The notes beneath the pieces were generated by a model, which saw nothing but the letters and a program-made list of their open reading frames with translations, had not been told where the DNA came from and did no database searches. This document shows, piece by piece, positions 39,445-48,364 of a stretch of 48,364 bases of DNA (positions within the stretch are counted from its first letter, which is position 1; every line of letters starts with the position of its first letter). Position numbers and translations under genes: made by a program. The stretch is from assembly GCA_041497895.1 (NCBI GenBank), contig JBGQHJ010000018.1, positions 1 to 48,364 on the forward strand, given 5' to 3'. The DNA is from Candidatus Methylomirabilia bacterium (GTDB lineage: Bacteria > Methylomirabilota > Methylomirabilia > Rokubacteriales > CSP1-6).

Positions 39445-40167
39445 CTACAGGTACCAGCGCCGGAAGATCTCGAAGACGTTCAGGTCGCCGCCGCGCCAGT
39501 AGTGGTTGGCGGGCAGCGAGAAGGTCCGGCGCCGCCCGTCGTAGTGCAGGCGGGCCGGGCGCTCGGGGACGTTCGGATCGTAGGCCTGGAACACCGCGCC
39601 CTCGTCGGTGCGCGCGCCGTCGAAGATCACCATGCCGTGGTTGATCGCGAGGGAGGGGAAGCGCAGCAGGTGGACGATCGGGGCGGAGTCGTGCCGGACC
39701 GCCTCCAGCAGCTCCCGGGCGGTGCGATGCTGGTGCCGCCGCGAGACCGGCACCACGATGTGCCAGTGGCTCCGCAGGACGTAGGACCGCCAGGCCCCAC
39801 CGCACTGCCGCTTCAGCAGCGACTCCCGCGCGACGCTCATCTCGCGCAGGCCGACGAAGCCCGGGATCACCACCTTGTCGTCCGTCCCGGACGGCCGGCG
39901 CGGGCTCCGGGCCAGGACCGCTCGGATGAGCCGGCCATAGGTGTCGTCGTCCGCCCGCGGGGCGGTCGGATCGAAGCGGGCGTGGTAGAGGAACTGGCGC
40001 GCCGCGCGGACCAGCACGAAGCAGCGCAGCGCGTACTCGGGCGCCGGGACGCGCCGCCTGGCCGCGGTGGCCCCGGTCGCCGCGTCGAAGTGGTACTCCC
40101 AGACGAGCTCGTTGGGGAACGCGAAGGTATCGCGCTCGAACTCGAAGCGCCGGCGCACCGCGAGCAT
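39445..40167 (-). CDS. Hypothetical protein, possible papain-like (Cys-His-Asp/Asn) fold
   Basis: FAFPN, LRCF, INHGMVI, AYDPN; start 40167 preferred over 40215. Confidence 0.6.
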   Translation of the reverse strand: MLAVRRRFEFERDTFAFPNELVWEYHFDAATGATAARRRVPAPEYALRCFVLVRAARQFLYHARFDPTAPRADDDTYGRLIRAVLARSPRRPSGTDDKVVIPGFVGLREMSVARESLLKRQCGGAWRSYVLRSHWHIVVPVSRRHQHRTARELLEAVRHDSAPIVHLLRFPSLAINHGMVIFDGARTDEGAVFQAYDPNVPERPARLHYDGRRRTFSLPANHYWRGGDLNVFEIFRRWYL

Positions 40168-40189
40168 GACGGGCCCTAGCGTACACCCG

Positions 40190-40206
40190 ATTACCTCTCG
40201 CGTAAT
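40190..40206. promoter_or_regulatory. Palindromic operator ATTAC-N7-GTAAT
   Basis: ATTACCTCTCGCGTAAT, AT-rich arms in the divergent intergenic region. Confidence 0.5.
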
Positions 40207-40256
40207 TGCGGGCATGACGCCGCGGTCCGAGGATGGCTGATGAAAGGAGATCCATC

Positions 40257-40763
40257 ATGAGCAACGGAACGGTGAACGAGCTCCGGAAGAAGAGCGAGGC
40301 GGCCGGGGAGCGGATCGCGCGGCAGCTCGCGGGCATGGAGGCCCATCTCGAGCGCAGCCACGCCCCCGGGCAGTGGACGAGCCGCCAGGTGCTGTGCCAC
40401 CTGCTCTTCGAGCCCGGCTTCCGGCCGGTCGGGCTGCTCGAGCGCTTCGCCTCGACCGAGCTGCCGCTGGTCGAGATCACGCCCGGGGTATGCACGGTGA
40501 CCCCGGAGCGGAGCCGCATGACCCTGGCCGAGCTGATCGCCGCGCTGGACGCGCAGCGGCGCGAGGTCTTCGCGTACCTGGAGACGCTCGAGGAGGCGGA
40601 TCTCCGCCGCAAGGCGCGCATCCCCCTGTTCGAGCCGCTCATCGGCACCGACGAGATCACGCTGCCGATCTTCGTCGGCGCCATGTTCGACCGTCACTGG
40701 AACGGCCACGCCGACCAGCTCGCCCAGATCCGGCAGGCGGTGGGCCTGCCCGAGACGCAGTAG
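40257..40763 (+). CDS. DinB family protein
   Basis: WTSRQVLCHL...HWNGHADQL; AAAGGAG RBS. Confidence 0.8.
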   Translation: MSNGTVNELRKKSEAAGERIARQLAGMEAHLERSHAPGQWTSRQVLCHLLFEPGFRPVGLLERFASTELPLVEITPGVCTVTPERSRMTLAELIAALDAQRREVFAYLETLEEADLRRKARIPLFEPLIGTDEITLPIFVGAMFDRHWNGHADQLAQIRQAVGLPETQ

Positions 40764-40791
40764 ACTGTCCCGACCCTGGAGGAGAGAGACC

Positions 40792-41181
40792 ATGCACTCG
40801 TCACGCTTCCTGCGACGCAGCCTGCAGCTCGACGGCGTCGCGTCCGGCCTCTGCGGGGTGCTGCTCCTGGCCGCCGCCGGGCCCGTCTCGGCCCTCATGG
40901 GCCTGGCCGGGCCGGGCATCGCGCGGACCGTGAGCGCGCTCCTGGTGCTCTACGCCGCCGCGCTGCTGTGGATCGGGGCGCGCGCCACCGTGAGGCACGG
41001 TGCGGCCGCGGCCGCGGTGGTGCTGAACGCGCTGTGGGTGGCCGACAGCGCGGTGGTGATCCTGGATGGACCGCTGACCGTGCTCGGCAACCTGGCGGTC
41101 GCCGTGGTGGCGGTCGCGGTGCTGCTCTTCGCGGTGCTGGAGGCGGTCGGGCTGGCCCGGTTGCGCCAGGCGATGCCGTGA
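40792..41181 (+). CDS. 4-TM membrane protein
   Basis: FLRRSLQLDGVASG..., NALWVADS; GGAGGAG RBS. Confidence 0.75.
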   Translation: MHSSRFLRRSLQLDGVASGLCGVLLLAAAGPVSALMGLAGPGIARTVSALLVLYAAALLWIGARATVRHGAAAAAVVLNALWVADSAVVILDGPLTVLGNLAVAVVAVAVLLFAVLEAVGLARLRQAMP

Positions 41182-41993
41182 CCGCGGGACGCGCCCACGC
41201 CTACGACGTCGACACCGCGGTGGAAGCCGTCGCGGACCGACCCGGCGAGACCGGGCGGTTCGCGGCGGTCATCACCGATCGCTGGAACGTGCTCGGCGGC
41301 CGGCCCAACGGCGGCTACGTGCTGGGCGTCGCCGTGCGGGCGCTGGCGCGGGCCATGCCCATGCCCGACCCGCTCGTGGTCTCGGCCTTCTTCCTGCGGC
41401 CCCCGCGGCCGGGACCGGTCGAGGTGGCGACCGAGATGGCGCGGGCGGGGCGACGCATCGCCACCGGCGGGGCGCGGGTGATCCAGGACGGCAAGGAGAC
41501 GGTGCGGGTGACCGCGGCCTTCGCCGATCTCGCGGCCGCGGCCGGGCGCACCGTGACGCTCGTCGAGAAACCGGCGCTGCCGCCGCCCGGAGACTGCATC
41601 GACCTGGTGGCGCGCGGCGCGATTCCCGGGCCCACCATCACCGAGCGCGTCGAGTATCGCGTGGCCGAGATGCCGGGCTGGGCGATGGGCCGCCCCCAGG
41701 GCCGCGCGAGCATGGAGTTCTGGATGCGGTACCGGGACGGGCGCGACGCGGACTCCCTGAGCCTGCCCGCGCTGGTCGACGCGGCCGCGCCGGTCGTGCT
41801 CGACCTGGGCGAGAGCGGCTCGGCCACCGTCGAGCTGACGGCGCACGTGCGCGCGCGCCCGGCGCCGGGGTGGCTCGCCTGCCGCTCCACCACTCGGTTC
41901 GTGGCCGGCGGCTTCCACGAGGAGGACTTCGAGATCTGGGACTCGACCGGCGCGCTCGTGGCCCAGTCGCGTCAGCTCGCCGTGCTGCGCTGA
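41178..41993 (+). CDS. TesB-like double hot-dog thioesterase family protein
   Basis: PNGGY, RAGRR, LVDA, TVELTAHVR, WDSTGALVAQSRQLA; GTGA overlap. Confidence 0.88.
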   Translation: MTAGRAHAYDVDTAVEAVADRPGETGRFAAVITDRWNVLGGRPNGGYVLGVAVRALARAMPMPDPLVVSAFFLRPPRPGPVEVATEMARAGRRIATGGARVIQDGKETVRVTAAFADLAAAAGRTVTLVEKPALPPPGDCIDLVARGAIPGPTITERVEYRVAEMPGWAMGRPQGRASMEFWMRYRDGRDADSLSLPALVDAAAPVVLDLGESGSATVELTAHVRARPAPGWLACRSTTRFVAGGFHEEDFEIWDSTGALVAQSRQLAVLR

Positions 41994-42036
41994 GCCGACG
42001 CCCGGTCCCGCCGGGCCCGTCGGGAAGCGCGATGCT

Positions 42037-42741
42037 ATGATCCGGGCGCGAGAGATGGATCAGCCGGACGACATCGCGGGGCGGATCATGCTGGTCGTGG
42101 ACGCGGGCCTCTCGGCGGCCGCGCGGGAGATCTGCGAGGAGGCCGCCGCCGCTCTCGCGCAGCGGACCGGGATCCCGGTCACCCTCGCCACCGTGCCGAT
42201 CGAGACCCTCGACGCGACCCAGCCGCTCGTTCGACGCGGTCCCGCCCGCATCCGGGAGCTGGCCCCGCCCGCCTCGCCCGACGCCGGCGCGATGGCCGCC
42301 GCGCCGTTCGTCTGGCGCGAGGGGCGCCCGGACTGGGGCGCGATGTGGACGACCTTCTGCGACCTCGCGCTCTACGGGGGGCCGCCGCACCGGGGCCTCG
42401 AGCAGGCGCTCCGCGCACCCGAGCCCGGCGGCCCGGCGAGCGCGTCGAGCCCGGAGATGCTCGCCGAGCTCGAGCGCGGCATCCTCGAGACCACCGGGCT
42501 CGAGGCGGCGCCGGCCGGCCCGGGGATGATCGCGATCCGCTGCGAGAGCCCCCGCATGGCGGCCTGGCTCTGCGCGGCCATCCTCCTCGAGAACGTGGAC
42601 GCTCGGGTCGAGGGCGAGCGGTTGCTGCTGCCCGCCGGCCCCGATTTCCGGCTCGAGGACCAGGTGAAGAGCGTGATCACGGTGGTGGCCAAGACGCACC
42701 ACTACTGGCGCGAGCACCTGGAGACCGGTCGCCGGGCGTGA
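42037..42741 (+). CDS. Conserved hypothetical protein (degenerate CbiX-like N-terminus, FCDLA..GGPPHRG domain)
   Basis: WGAMWTTFCDLALYGGPPHRG, ENV, KTHHYWREH; start 42037 or 42055. Confidence 0.7.
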   Translation: MIRAREMDQPDDIAGRIMLVVDAGLSAAAREICEEAAAALAQRTGIPVTLATVPIETLDATQPLVRRGPARIRELAPPASPDAGAMAAAPFVWREGRPDWGAMWTTFCDLALYGGPPHRGLEQALRAPEPGGPASASSPEMLAELERGILETTGLEAAPAGPGMIAIRCESPRMAAWLCAAILLENVDARVEGERLLLPAGPDFRLEDQVKSVITVVAKTHHYWREHLETGRRA

Positions 42742-43190
42742 CCGGCGACACCGTCGTCATCGCGGGCCTGCCCGCGCGCGATGATCGGGCCGAGCTCGCG
42801 GGGTACGAGGCCGACGCGGTGGAGCTGACCGCGCAGGAGCGTCGGCGGGCCCGGCGCCGCGTGGTCACCCGCGCGGGCCGGGTCTTCACGCTGATGCTGC
42901 CGCCGGGCGAGGTGCTCGTGCCGGGCCGCCTGCTCTATGTCGGGCCCGGCTGGTACGTCACGGTGGAGGCGGCGTCGGAAGCGCTGCTGGCGGTGAGCCC
43001 GCGGAGCGAGCGGGAGGGCATCCGGGTCGCCCTCGAGGTCGGCCGGCTCCACGCCGCGCTCGCGGTCGCGGGGGACCGGCTCCTCGTGCCCGACGAGCCC
43101 GCGCTCGAGCGGCTACTCGGCCGGCTCGGGGTGCGGTGGGCGCGCGTGCACGCGCCGTTCCTGCCGATCACCACCGGGTCGCCCCACTGA
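42738..43190 (+). CDS. ureE: UreE-like nickel chaperone
   Basis: ELTAQERRRARRRVVTRAGR, LPPGEVL.PG, VTVEAASE, EVGRLH (GNRH equivalent), PF.P; GTGA overlap. Confidence 0.6.
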   Translation: MTGDTVVIAGLPARDDRAELAGYEADAVELTAQERRRARRRVVTRAGRVFTLMLPPGEVLVPGRLLYVGPGWYVTVEAASEALLAVSPRSEREGIRVALEVGRLHAALAVAGDRLLVPDEPALERLLGRLGVRWARVHAPFLPITTGSPH

Positions 43191-43231
43191 CGGAGAGATC
43201 GGGCGTGACAACGCCCGCGGGGTTGGGTATC

Positions 43232-43272
43232 TTCCACGTGCCGAATACGGAACGTCATTCGACACTGGGAAT
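43232..43272. promoter_or_regulatory. Putative IclR operator cluster
   Basis: GTGCCGAATACGGAAC imperfect palindrome plus TTC-N8-GAA and ATTC-N8-GAAT, upstream of an operon containing iclR. Confidence 0.45.
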
Positions 43273-43326
43273 GGTCAAGGGGACATGGGCCGGGAGAGCG
43301 GCCGGGGATCAGCCGGGAGATCGGAA

Positions 43327-44511
43327 ATGAGCGGGACGCGCAGCATCCGGGGACGGGTCGCGGTCGTCGGGGTCGGCGAGACCGCCTACTACAAGCACGG
43401 GCGCGCGCCCGAATCGGAGTTCGCCCTCGCCCTGCGGGCGATCCTTCGCGCCTGCGAGGACGCGGGGATCGATCCGCGCCAGGTGGACGGCTTCGCCTCC
43501 TACAGCAACGACCGCAACGATCCCTCCCGGCTCGCCGCCGCGCTGGGGCTGCCCGAGCTGCGCTTCTCCAACATGCAGTGGGGCGGGGGTGGGGGCGGCG
43601 GCTCGGCGGCGGTGGGCAACGCGGCCGCCGCGGTGGCGGCGGGCTACGCCGACTGCGTGGTGGTCTTCCGCGCCCTGGCCCAGGGCCAGTTCCAGCGCTT
43701 CGGCGCCGCGCCCCCGGGCGGCACCGTGTCGGGCGAGGCGGCGCTCACCTTCCCGTACGGGCTCATCTCGCCCGCCCAGCGCTTCGCGATGCGGGTGATG
43801 CGCTTCATGCACGACCACGGGGTGCGGCAGGAGGCGCAGCGGGCCATCGCGCTCGCGTCCTACCATCACGCGCAGGCGAACCCGAGAGCGGTCATGCACG
43901 GCCGGCCCCTGACCGCGGACGCCTACGACGCCTCGCGGTGGATCGTCGAGCCCTTCCGCCTCTTCGACTGCTGCATGGAGAACGACGGCGCCGCCGCGCT
44001 GGTGCTGGTCTCGGCCGACCGCGCGCGCGACCTGCGCCGCCCCCCGGCCTACCTGCTGGGCGTGGCGCAGGGCTCCGAGTACCGCAACGCGGCCCGCGGC
44101 CACAACGCGCCCGTCTACGCGTCCTCGAGCTTCACCACGGTGGCCCCGCACCTCTGGGAGATGGCGGGCCTCGGGCCCAAGGACGTCCACGTGGTCCAGA
44201 GCTACGAGAACTTCACCGGCGGCGTGCTGATGAGCCTGGTGGAGCACGGCTTCTTCGCGCCCGAGGACGCGAACGACTTCCTCACCGTCGAGAACCTGAT
44301 CGCGCCCGGCGGGCGGCTGCCGCTCAACACCAGCGGCGGCAACCTCGCCGAGTGCTACATGCACGGGCTCGAGCTGCAGATCGAGGCGGTGCGCCAGCTC
44401 CGCGGCGAGTCCACGAGCCAGGTGCCGGGGGCGCGGGTCGGCCTCGTGATCTCGGGTCCGATGGTCACGCCGGTCTCCAGCATGCTGCTCGGCACCGGAG
44501 ACACCCTGTGA
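43327..44511 (+). CDS. Thiolase-superfamily Ltp2/SCP2-type protein (probable retro-aldolase)
   Basis: VAVVGVGET, poly-Gly in place of catalytic Cys, DCCMENDGAAA, YENFT, NTSGG, YMHG. Confidence 0.85.
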   Translation: MSGTRSIRGRVAVVGVGETAYYKHGRAPESEFALALRAILRACEDAGIDPRQVDGFASYSNDRNDPSRLAAALGLPELRFSNMQWGGGGGGGSAAVGNAAAAVAAGYADCVVVFRALAQGQFQRFGAAPPGGTVSGEAALTFPYGLISPAQRFAMRVMRFMHDHGVRQEAQRAIALASYHHAQANPRAVMHGRPLTADAYDASRWIVEPFRLFDCCMENDGAAALVLVSADRARDLRRPPAYLLGVAQGSEYRNAARGHNAPVYASSSFTTVAPHLWEMAGLGPKDVHVVQSYENFTGGVLMSLVEHGFFAPEDANDFLTVENLIAPGGRLPLNTSGGNLAECYMHGLELQIEAVRQLRGESTSQVPGARVGLVISGPMVTPVSSMLLGTGDTL

Positions 44512-44957
44512 GTCCCGCGACCTACCTGCCCGCCGGCCTGCCGCGGCCGGTGGCCGAGGCCGACGGGCTCGACCGGCCCTACTGGGAGGGCACGCGCGCC
44601 GGGCGGCTCTCCGTGCAGCGCTGCCGGGGCTGCCGCGAGTTCCAGTGGGGACCGGAGTGGATCTGCCACCGCTGCCTCGGGAGCGACCTCGAGTGGGTGG
44701 AGGTCTCGCCGCGCGGCCGCATCTACTCCTGGGAGCGCGCCTGGCACCCGGTGCACCCCGCGCTCAAGGATCACGGCCCCTATATCGTCGTGCTGGTGGA
44801 GCTGCCCGCCGCGGGCTCCGTGCGCATGATCGGCAACCTGCTCGGAGACCCCGCGCAGGATGTTCGGATCGGCGCTCCGGTCGAGGCGGTGTTCGAGGCC
44901 CACGACGACGCCACGCCCCCGTTCACGCTCGTGCAGTGGAGGAGGACCACCCCATGA
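44508..44957 (+). CDS. DUF35 Zn-ribbon/OB-fold protein
   Basis: PYWEG, QRCRGC, ICHRC, GRIYSW, VELP; GTGA overlap. Confidence 0.88.
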   Translation: MSPATYLPAGLPRPVAEADGLDRPYWEGTRAGRLSVQRCRGCREFQWGPEWICHRCLGSDLEWVEVSPRGRIYSWERAWHPVHPALKDHGPYIVVLVELPAAGSVRMIGNLLGDPAQDVRIGAPVEAVFEAHDDATPPFTLVQWRRTTP

Positions 44958-46171
44958 CCCCGCCCCCCGTGACATCCACCGACGTCGTGGTCAACGCGCC
45001 CAATCTCTGGCGTCTCGACACCCCCGGCCACGCCGGCTGGCCTCGCAGCGCGCAGCCCGACGACCCGCGGAAGTACTTCATGGTGTCGGCGGACTGCCAC
45101 GCCAACGAGCCCCACGATCTCTGGGCCACCCGCATCGAGGAGAAGTACCGCCACCGCGTGCCCAAGGTCATCACGGACGAGAACGGGGTGAAGTGGCGCG
45201 TGTCGGAGGGCCACCGCCCGGACCGGCTGCGCACCGACGCGCTGGAGGGCGAGGACGGCCTGCGGCAGCGGGTCGGCGCCGACCCGGTCGAGCGCCTGCG
45301 CGACATGGACCGGGACGGCATCGACGTCGAGGTGATCTTCCCCAACAAGGGCCTCGCGATGTGGGCCACGCCGGATCCGGCCTTCGCGATGGCCCAGTGC
45401 CGCGTCTACAACGACTGGGCGGACGAGACCTTCGGCCCCTACCGCGACCGCATGGCGCCCGCCGCCGCGCTCGCCACCGGCGACCTGGAGGGCTCGATCG
45501 CGGAGGTGGCGCGCGCGGCCCGGCTCGGCTTCCGGCTGCTCACGCTGCCGTGCAAGCCGATCTGGGGCGGCCACGACGTGGATCATCCGAACTACAACCT
45601 GCCCCTGTTCGATCCGCTGTGGACGGTGATCCAGGACGCGAACCTGCCGGTGACCTTCCACGTCTCCACCGGGCGCGACCCGCGGGCCGCGCGCGGCAAC
45701 GGCGGCGCGGTGATCAACTACGTCTCGCACTCGCTGTCGCCGACGATCGAGCCGGTGGCCAACCTCTGCGCCTCCGGCGTGTTCGAGCGCTTCCCGCGCC
45801 TGCGGGTGGCCACCATCGAGGCGGGCATCGGCTGGGTGCCGTGGTTCCTGGGCGCGATGGACGAGGCGTATCGCAAGCACCACTTCTGGGTGCGGCCGAA
45901 GCTCGCGCGCCTGCCGAGCGAGTACTACCGCGAGCACTGCTGGGCCTCCTTCCAGGAGGACCCGGCCGGCCTCGCGCTCGCCGAGCCGATGGGCCTCGCC
46001 GATCGCTTCATGTGGGGCAACGACTACCCGCACCACGAGGGGACGTGGCCGCACTCGGCGGAAGCCATCGAGCGCACCATGGGCCAGCTCTCCGAGAGCG
46101 CCCGCGCCAACGTGCTCGGGCTCAACGCGGCCCGGTTCTTCGGCTTCGAGGTGCCGGCGGCGCGCCGGTGA
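44954..46171 (+). CDS. Amidohydrolase_2 family protein
   Basis: SADCHANEP, DMDRDGID, YNDW, TFH, EAGIGW, WGNDYPH. Confidence 0.9.
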   Translation: MTPPPVTSTDVVVNAPNLWRLDTPGHAGWPRSAQPDDPRKYFMVSADCHANEPHDLWATRIEEKYRHRVPKVITDENGVKWRVSEGHRPDRLRTDALEGEDGLRQRVGADPVERLRDMDRDGIDVEVIFPNKGLAMWATPDPAFAMAQCRVYNDWADETFGPYRDRMAPAAALATGDLEGSIAEVARAARLGFRLLTLPCKPIWGGHDVDHPNYNLPLFDPLWTVIQDANLPVTFHVSTGRDPRAARGNGGAVINYVSHSLSPTIEPVANLCASGVFERFPRLRVATIEAGIGWVPWFLGAMDEAYRKHHFWVRPKLARLPSEYYREHCWASFQEDPAGLALAEPMGLADRFMWGNDYPHHEGTWPHSAEAIERTMGQLSESARANVLGLNAARFFGFEVPAARR

Positions 46172-47007
46172 GCCCGGCCGCGCTCCCGGCGGCGCGCGCG
46201 GCGGGAGCCCTCCGCGCGGCGGGCCGCCACCGCGCCGCAGGCAGGGTGGTGGACATCCTCGAGCTCGTGATGTCCACGCGCGAGGGCCTGGCCCTGCGCG
46301 AGCTGAGCGCGCAGCTCCTGGCCCCCAAGAGCAGCCTGCTCCCGCTGCTCCGCACCCTGGCCGCTCGCGAGTACCTCGAGCAGGGACCGGGCGGCGAGTA
46401 TCGCCTCGGCCGCCGGGCGCTCGAGCTCGGCCTGGGCCGACCGACCCCGCGCGGGCTGCCCGAGATCGCGCGGCCCGCGCTGCGCGCCCTGATGGAGCGC
46501 TCCGGGGAGAGCGTGTTCCTGGGGACGCTCAGCGCGGACGGGGCGGCGGTGGTCTTCGTGGACAAGGTCGACAGCGACCAGGTCATCCGCTACGCGGGCG
46601 GGGTGGGGGACCGCCGCCCGCTCCACGCCACCTCGAGCGGCAAGGTGCTGCTCGCGTTCCTGCCCGCGCCCCAGCGCGAGAAGATCCTGCGGCTGCTGCC
46701 GCTCAAGCGCTACACCGACCGCACCATGACCAGCCTGCCCGCGCTGCGCGCCGCGCTCGAAGCGGTCCGCCAGACCGGCCTCTGCGTCAACCTCGACGAG
46801 CTCGCGGTGGGCGCGGCCGGCATCGCGGCCCCGATCTTCGATCGCGACGGGGTGGTGGCGGGCGCCTGCGCCATCGGCGGGCCCACCGACCGCGTCCGTC
46901 CCCGGCTTCGCGCCCTCTCCGCGGAGGTGAAGGCCACCGCGCGCGCGATCTCCGCGCTCCTCGGCCACCGGCCCGGCGCGGCGCCTCCCGGGAAGGACCA
47001 GCCATGA
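46168..47007 (+). CDS. IclR family transcriptional regulator
   Basis: HTH (LRELS..L.APKSS), GDRRPLHATSSGKVLLA, IAAPIFD. Confidence 0.9.
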   Translation: MSPAALPAARAAGALRAAGRHRAAGRVVDILELVMSTREGLALRELSAQLLAPKSSLLPLLRTLAAREYLEQGPGGEYRLGRRALELGLGRPTPRGLPEIARPALRALMERSGESVFLGTLSADGAAVVFVDKVDSDQVIRYAGGVGDRRPLHATSSGKVLLAFLPAPQREKILRLLPLKRYTDRTMTSLPALRAALEAVRQTGLCVNLDELAVGAAGIAAPIFDRDGVVAGACAIGGPTDRVRPRLRALSAEVKATARAISALLGHRPGAAPPGKDQP

Positions 47008-48158
47008 TCACGAAGTTCGCCACCGTCTACCCCGGTCACGTCGACCTGCCCGACATGGGCCAGATGGCCACCCCGGCCAACGAGCGGCGCTTCTCGAACG
47101 AGCACCTGGCCACCGTCTTCGAGAAGACGGACGACGTGGCGCGCGTGATGGACGAGTGCGGCTACGACGCGCTCTGGCTGGCCGAGCACCACTTCCAGCA
47201 CGAGGGCTACGAGTGCCTGCCCAACGTCCTGATGCTGGCGGTGCACCTGGCCCGCGTGACCCGGCGCCTCCGCATCGGCTGTGGCTTCAACATCGCGCCC
47301 ATGTGGCACCCGCTGCGGCTGGCCGAGGACTTCGCCACCGCCGACATCCTGACGCGCGGCCGCACCATCTTCGGCGTGGGCCGTGGATACCACAGTCGAG
47401 AAGTCGAGACCTTCGGGGCGCCGATCCTCGACGGGGAGGCCAACCGCGAGCTGTTCGAGGAGCAGGTGGAGATCATCCTCAAGGCGTTCGACCAGGAGTC
47501 GTTCTCCCACCACGGCAAGCACTACACGCTGCCGCCCGCGGTCCCGTACCGCGGCTACGAGCTGCGCGAGATCACCCTGGTGCCGCGCCCCATCCACCGG
47601 CCGGTCGAGTGCTGGCAGCCGATCGTGAGCGCCCGGCCGCGCGCGCTCGACTTCATGGTACGCCACCGGATCAAGGGCGTGATCGGGGGTGGCGCCGCCA
47701 CCATGGCCGAGGGGCCGGTGCACGGCTACCGCGAGGCGGCGGTGCGGGCCGGGCGCGACCTGGCCCTCGGCCAGGACCTCTGCCTCGGGATCTTCTTCCA
47801 CCTGGCCGAGACGCGCGAGAAGGCGATCCGCGAGATCACGCCGTACTACGAGGAGCACGTCAAGATGTTCGGCCCCCTGGGCTTCGTGCCGGGCATCACC
47901 CCGGCGCAGGTGGAGGCCTCGTCGCGGCGGGGCGGCTGGGGCGCGGCGGGCGTGCCCACCGTCGAGCACTACACGAAGACCGGGGCGTGGTTCGCCGGAC
48001 CGCCCGAGGACCTGGTGGCCTACCTCAAGGATCTCGAGTCGCGCTTCCCCGGACTCGAGCACGTCAACATGAGCATCAGCATGGGTACCCCGAAGGCGGT
48101 GATGCTCGAGCAGCTGCGCTGGTTCGCGAAGGAGGTCATGCCGAAGTGTTCCCGGTAA
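47004..48158 (+). CDS. LLM-class flavin-dependent oxidoreductase
   Basis: WLAEHHFQ, HPLRLAEDFA, GVGRGY. Confidence 0.9.
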   Translation: MITKFATVYPGHVDLPDMGQMATPANERRFSNEHLATVFEKTDDVARVMDECGYDALWLAEHHFQHEGYECLPNVLMLAVHLARVTRRLRIGCGFNIAPMWHPLRLAEDFATADILTRGRTIFGVGRGYHSREVETFGAPILDGEANRELFEEQVEIILKAFDQESFSHHGKHYTLPPAVPYRGYELREITLVPRPIHRPVECWQPIVSARPRALDFMVRHRIKGVIGGGAATMAEGPVHGYREAAVRAGRDLALGQDLCLGIFFHLAETREKAIREITPYYEEHVKMFGPLGFVPGITPAQVEASSRRGGWGAAGVPTVEHYTKTGAWFAGPPEDLVAYLKDLESRFPGLEHVNMSISMGTPKAVMLEQLRWFAKEVMPKCSR

Positions 48159-48276
48159 GTCTTACCGCGCCCGCCCTCCCCCGCTCGCCCATTCACCCGC
48201 TCCGGCCTCGCCTGCGCCGCCGCGCGTGCGGTTGCACGAGAGTTGCTTCCTCCTCCACGGCAAAGGAGGAGTTCCC

Positions 48277-48364
48277 ATGGACGCGATCAAGTTCCTCGAG
48301 CAGGAGCACGAGAAGGCGAAAACGGCGTTCGGCAAGCTGCTGGAGGCGTCGCCCGCCGAGCGGG
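48277..48364 (+). CDS. Hemerythrin-domain protein, N-terminal fragment (3' truncated by window)
   Basis: MDAIKFLEQEHEKAKTAFGKL... after AAAGGAGG RBS. Confidence 0.65.
   Translation, partial: MDAIKFLEQEHEKAKTAFGKLLEASPAER

Noticed and set aside
42036..42051. Fourth TATGA box
   Set aside because: Only a half-site (TATGA) with no TCATA arm
48232..48247. Sigma-54 promoter TTGCACGAGAGTTGCT before the hemerythrin-like gene
   Set aside because: Very close to consensus but the near-invariant -24 GG is TG, so it is not called
1..48364. CRISPR arrays, tRNA/rRNA, IS elements, prophage or defence systems
   Set aside because: No spaced repeats, RNA-gene signatures, transposase/integrase or phage-like ORFs recognised by eye

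Overview
A very GC-rich bacterial chromosomal window, densely coding (about 52 CDS). I found no rRNA, tRNA, CRISPR array, integrase or transposase. The gene style (many LLM, DinB, SDR and ABC genes) suggests Ca. Rokubacteria/Methylomirabilota, but that is inference. The main interest is an ~11 kb nitrogen-oxide respiration locus (9.1-19.9 kb). On the + strand it has nirK fused to a cytochrome c domain, a NirV-like gene and an SCO gene. Converging on these from the - strand is an operon with a 54-aa membrane peptide (missed by the ORF track), a CuA subunit II, a Tyr-less heme-copper subunit I (HSSQQ, eNOR-type NO reductase), a membrane-anchored SCO, and a Rieske-less cytochrome b/2x[4Fe-4S]/MvhD-like fusion. 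A radical SAM/SPASM + CopD-like unit lies next to it. All three units carry the same palindrome, TATGA-N6-TCATA, at the class-II CRP/FNR activator position, which suggests a variant-motif regulon. Elsewhere: ahcY with an SAH riboswitch, pgm, cysK, MscS, an ABC importer, an apparently inactive CtpA (catalytic Lys to Asp), an orphan UreE-like gene pair, an Ltp2/DUF35 catabolic operon with IclR, and two good sigma-54 promoters. Several start codons were refined by eye from the ORF track.
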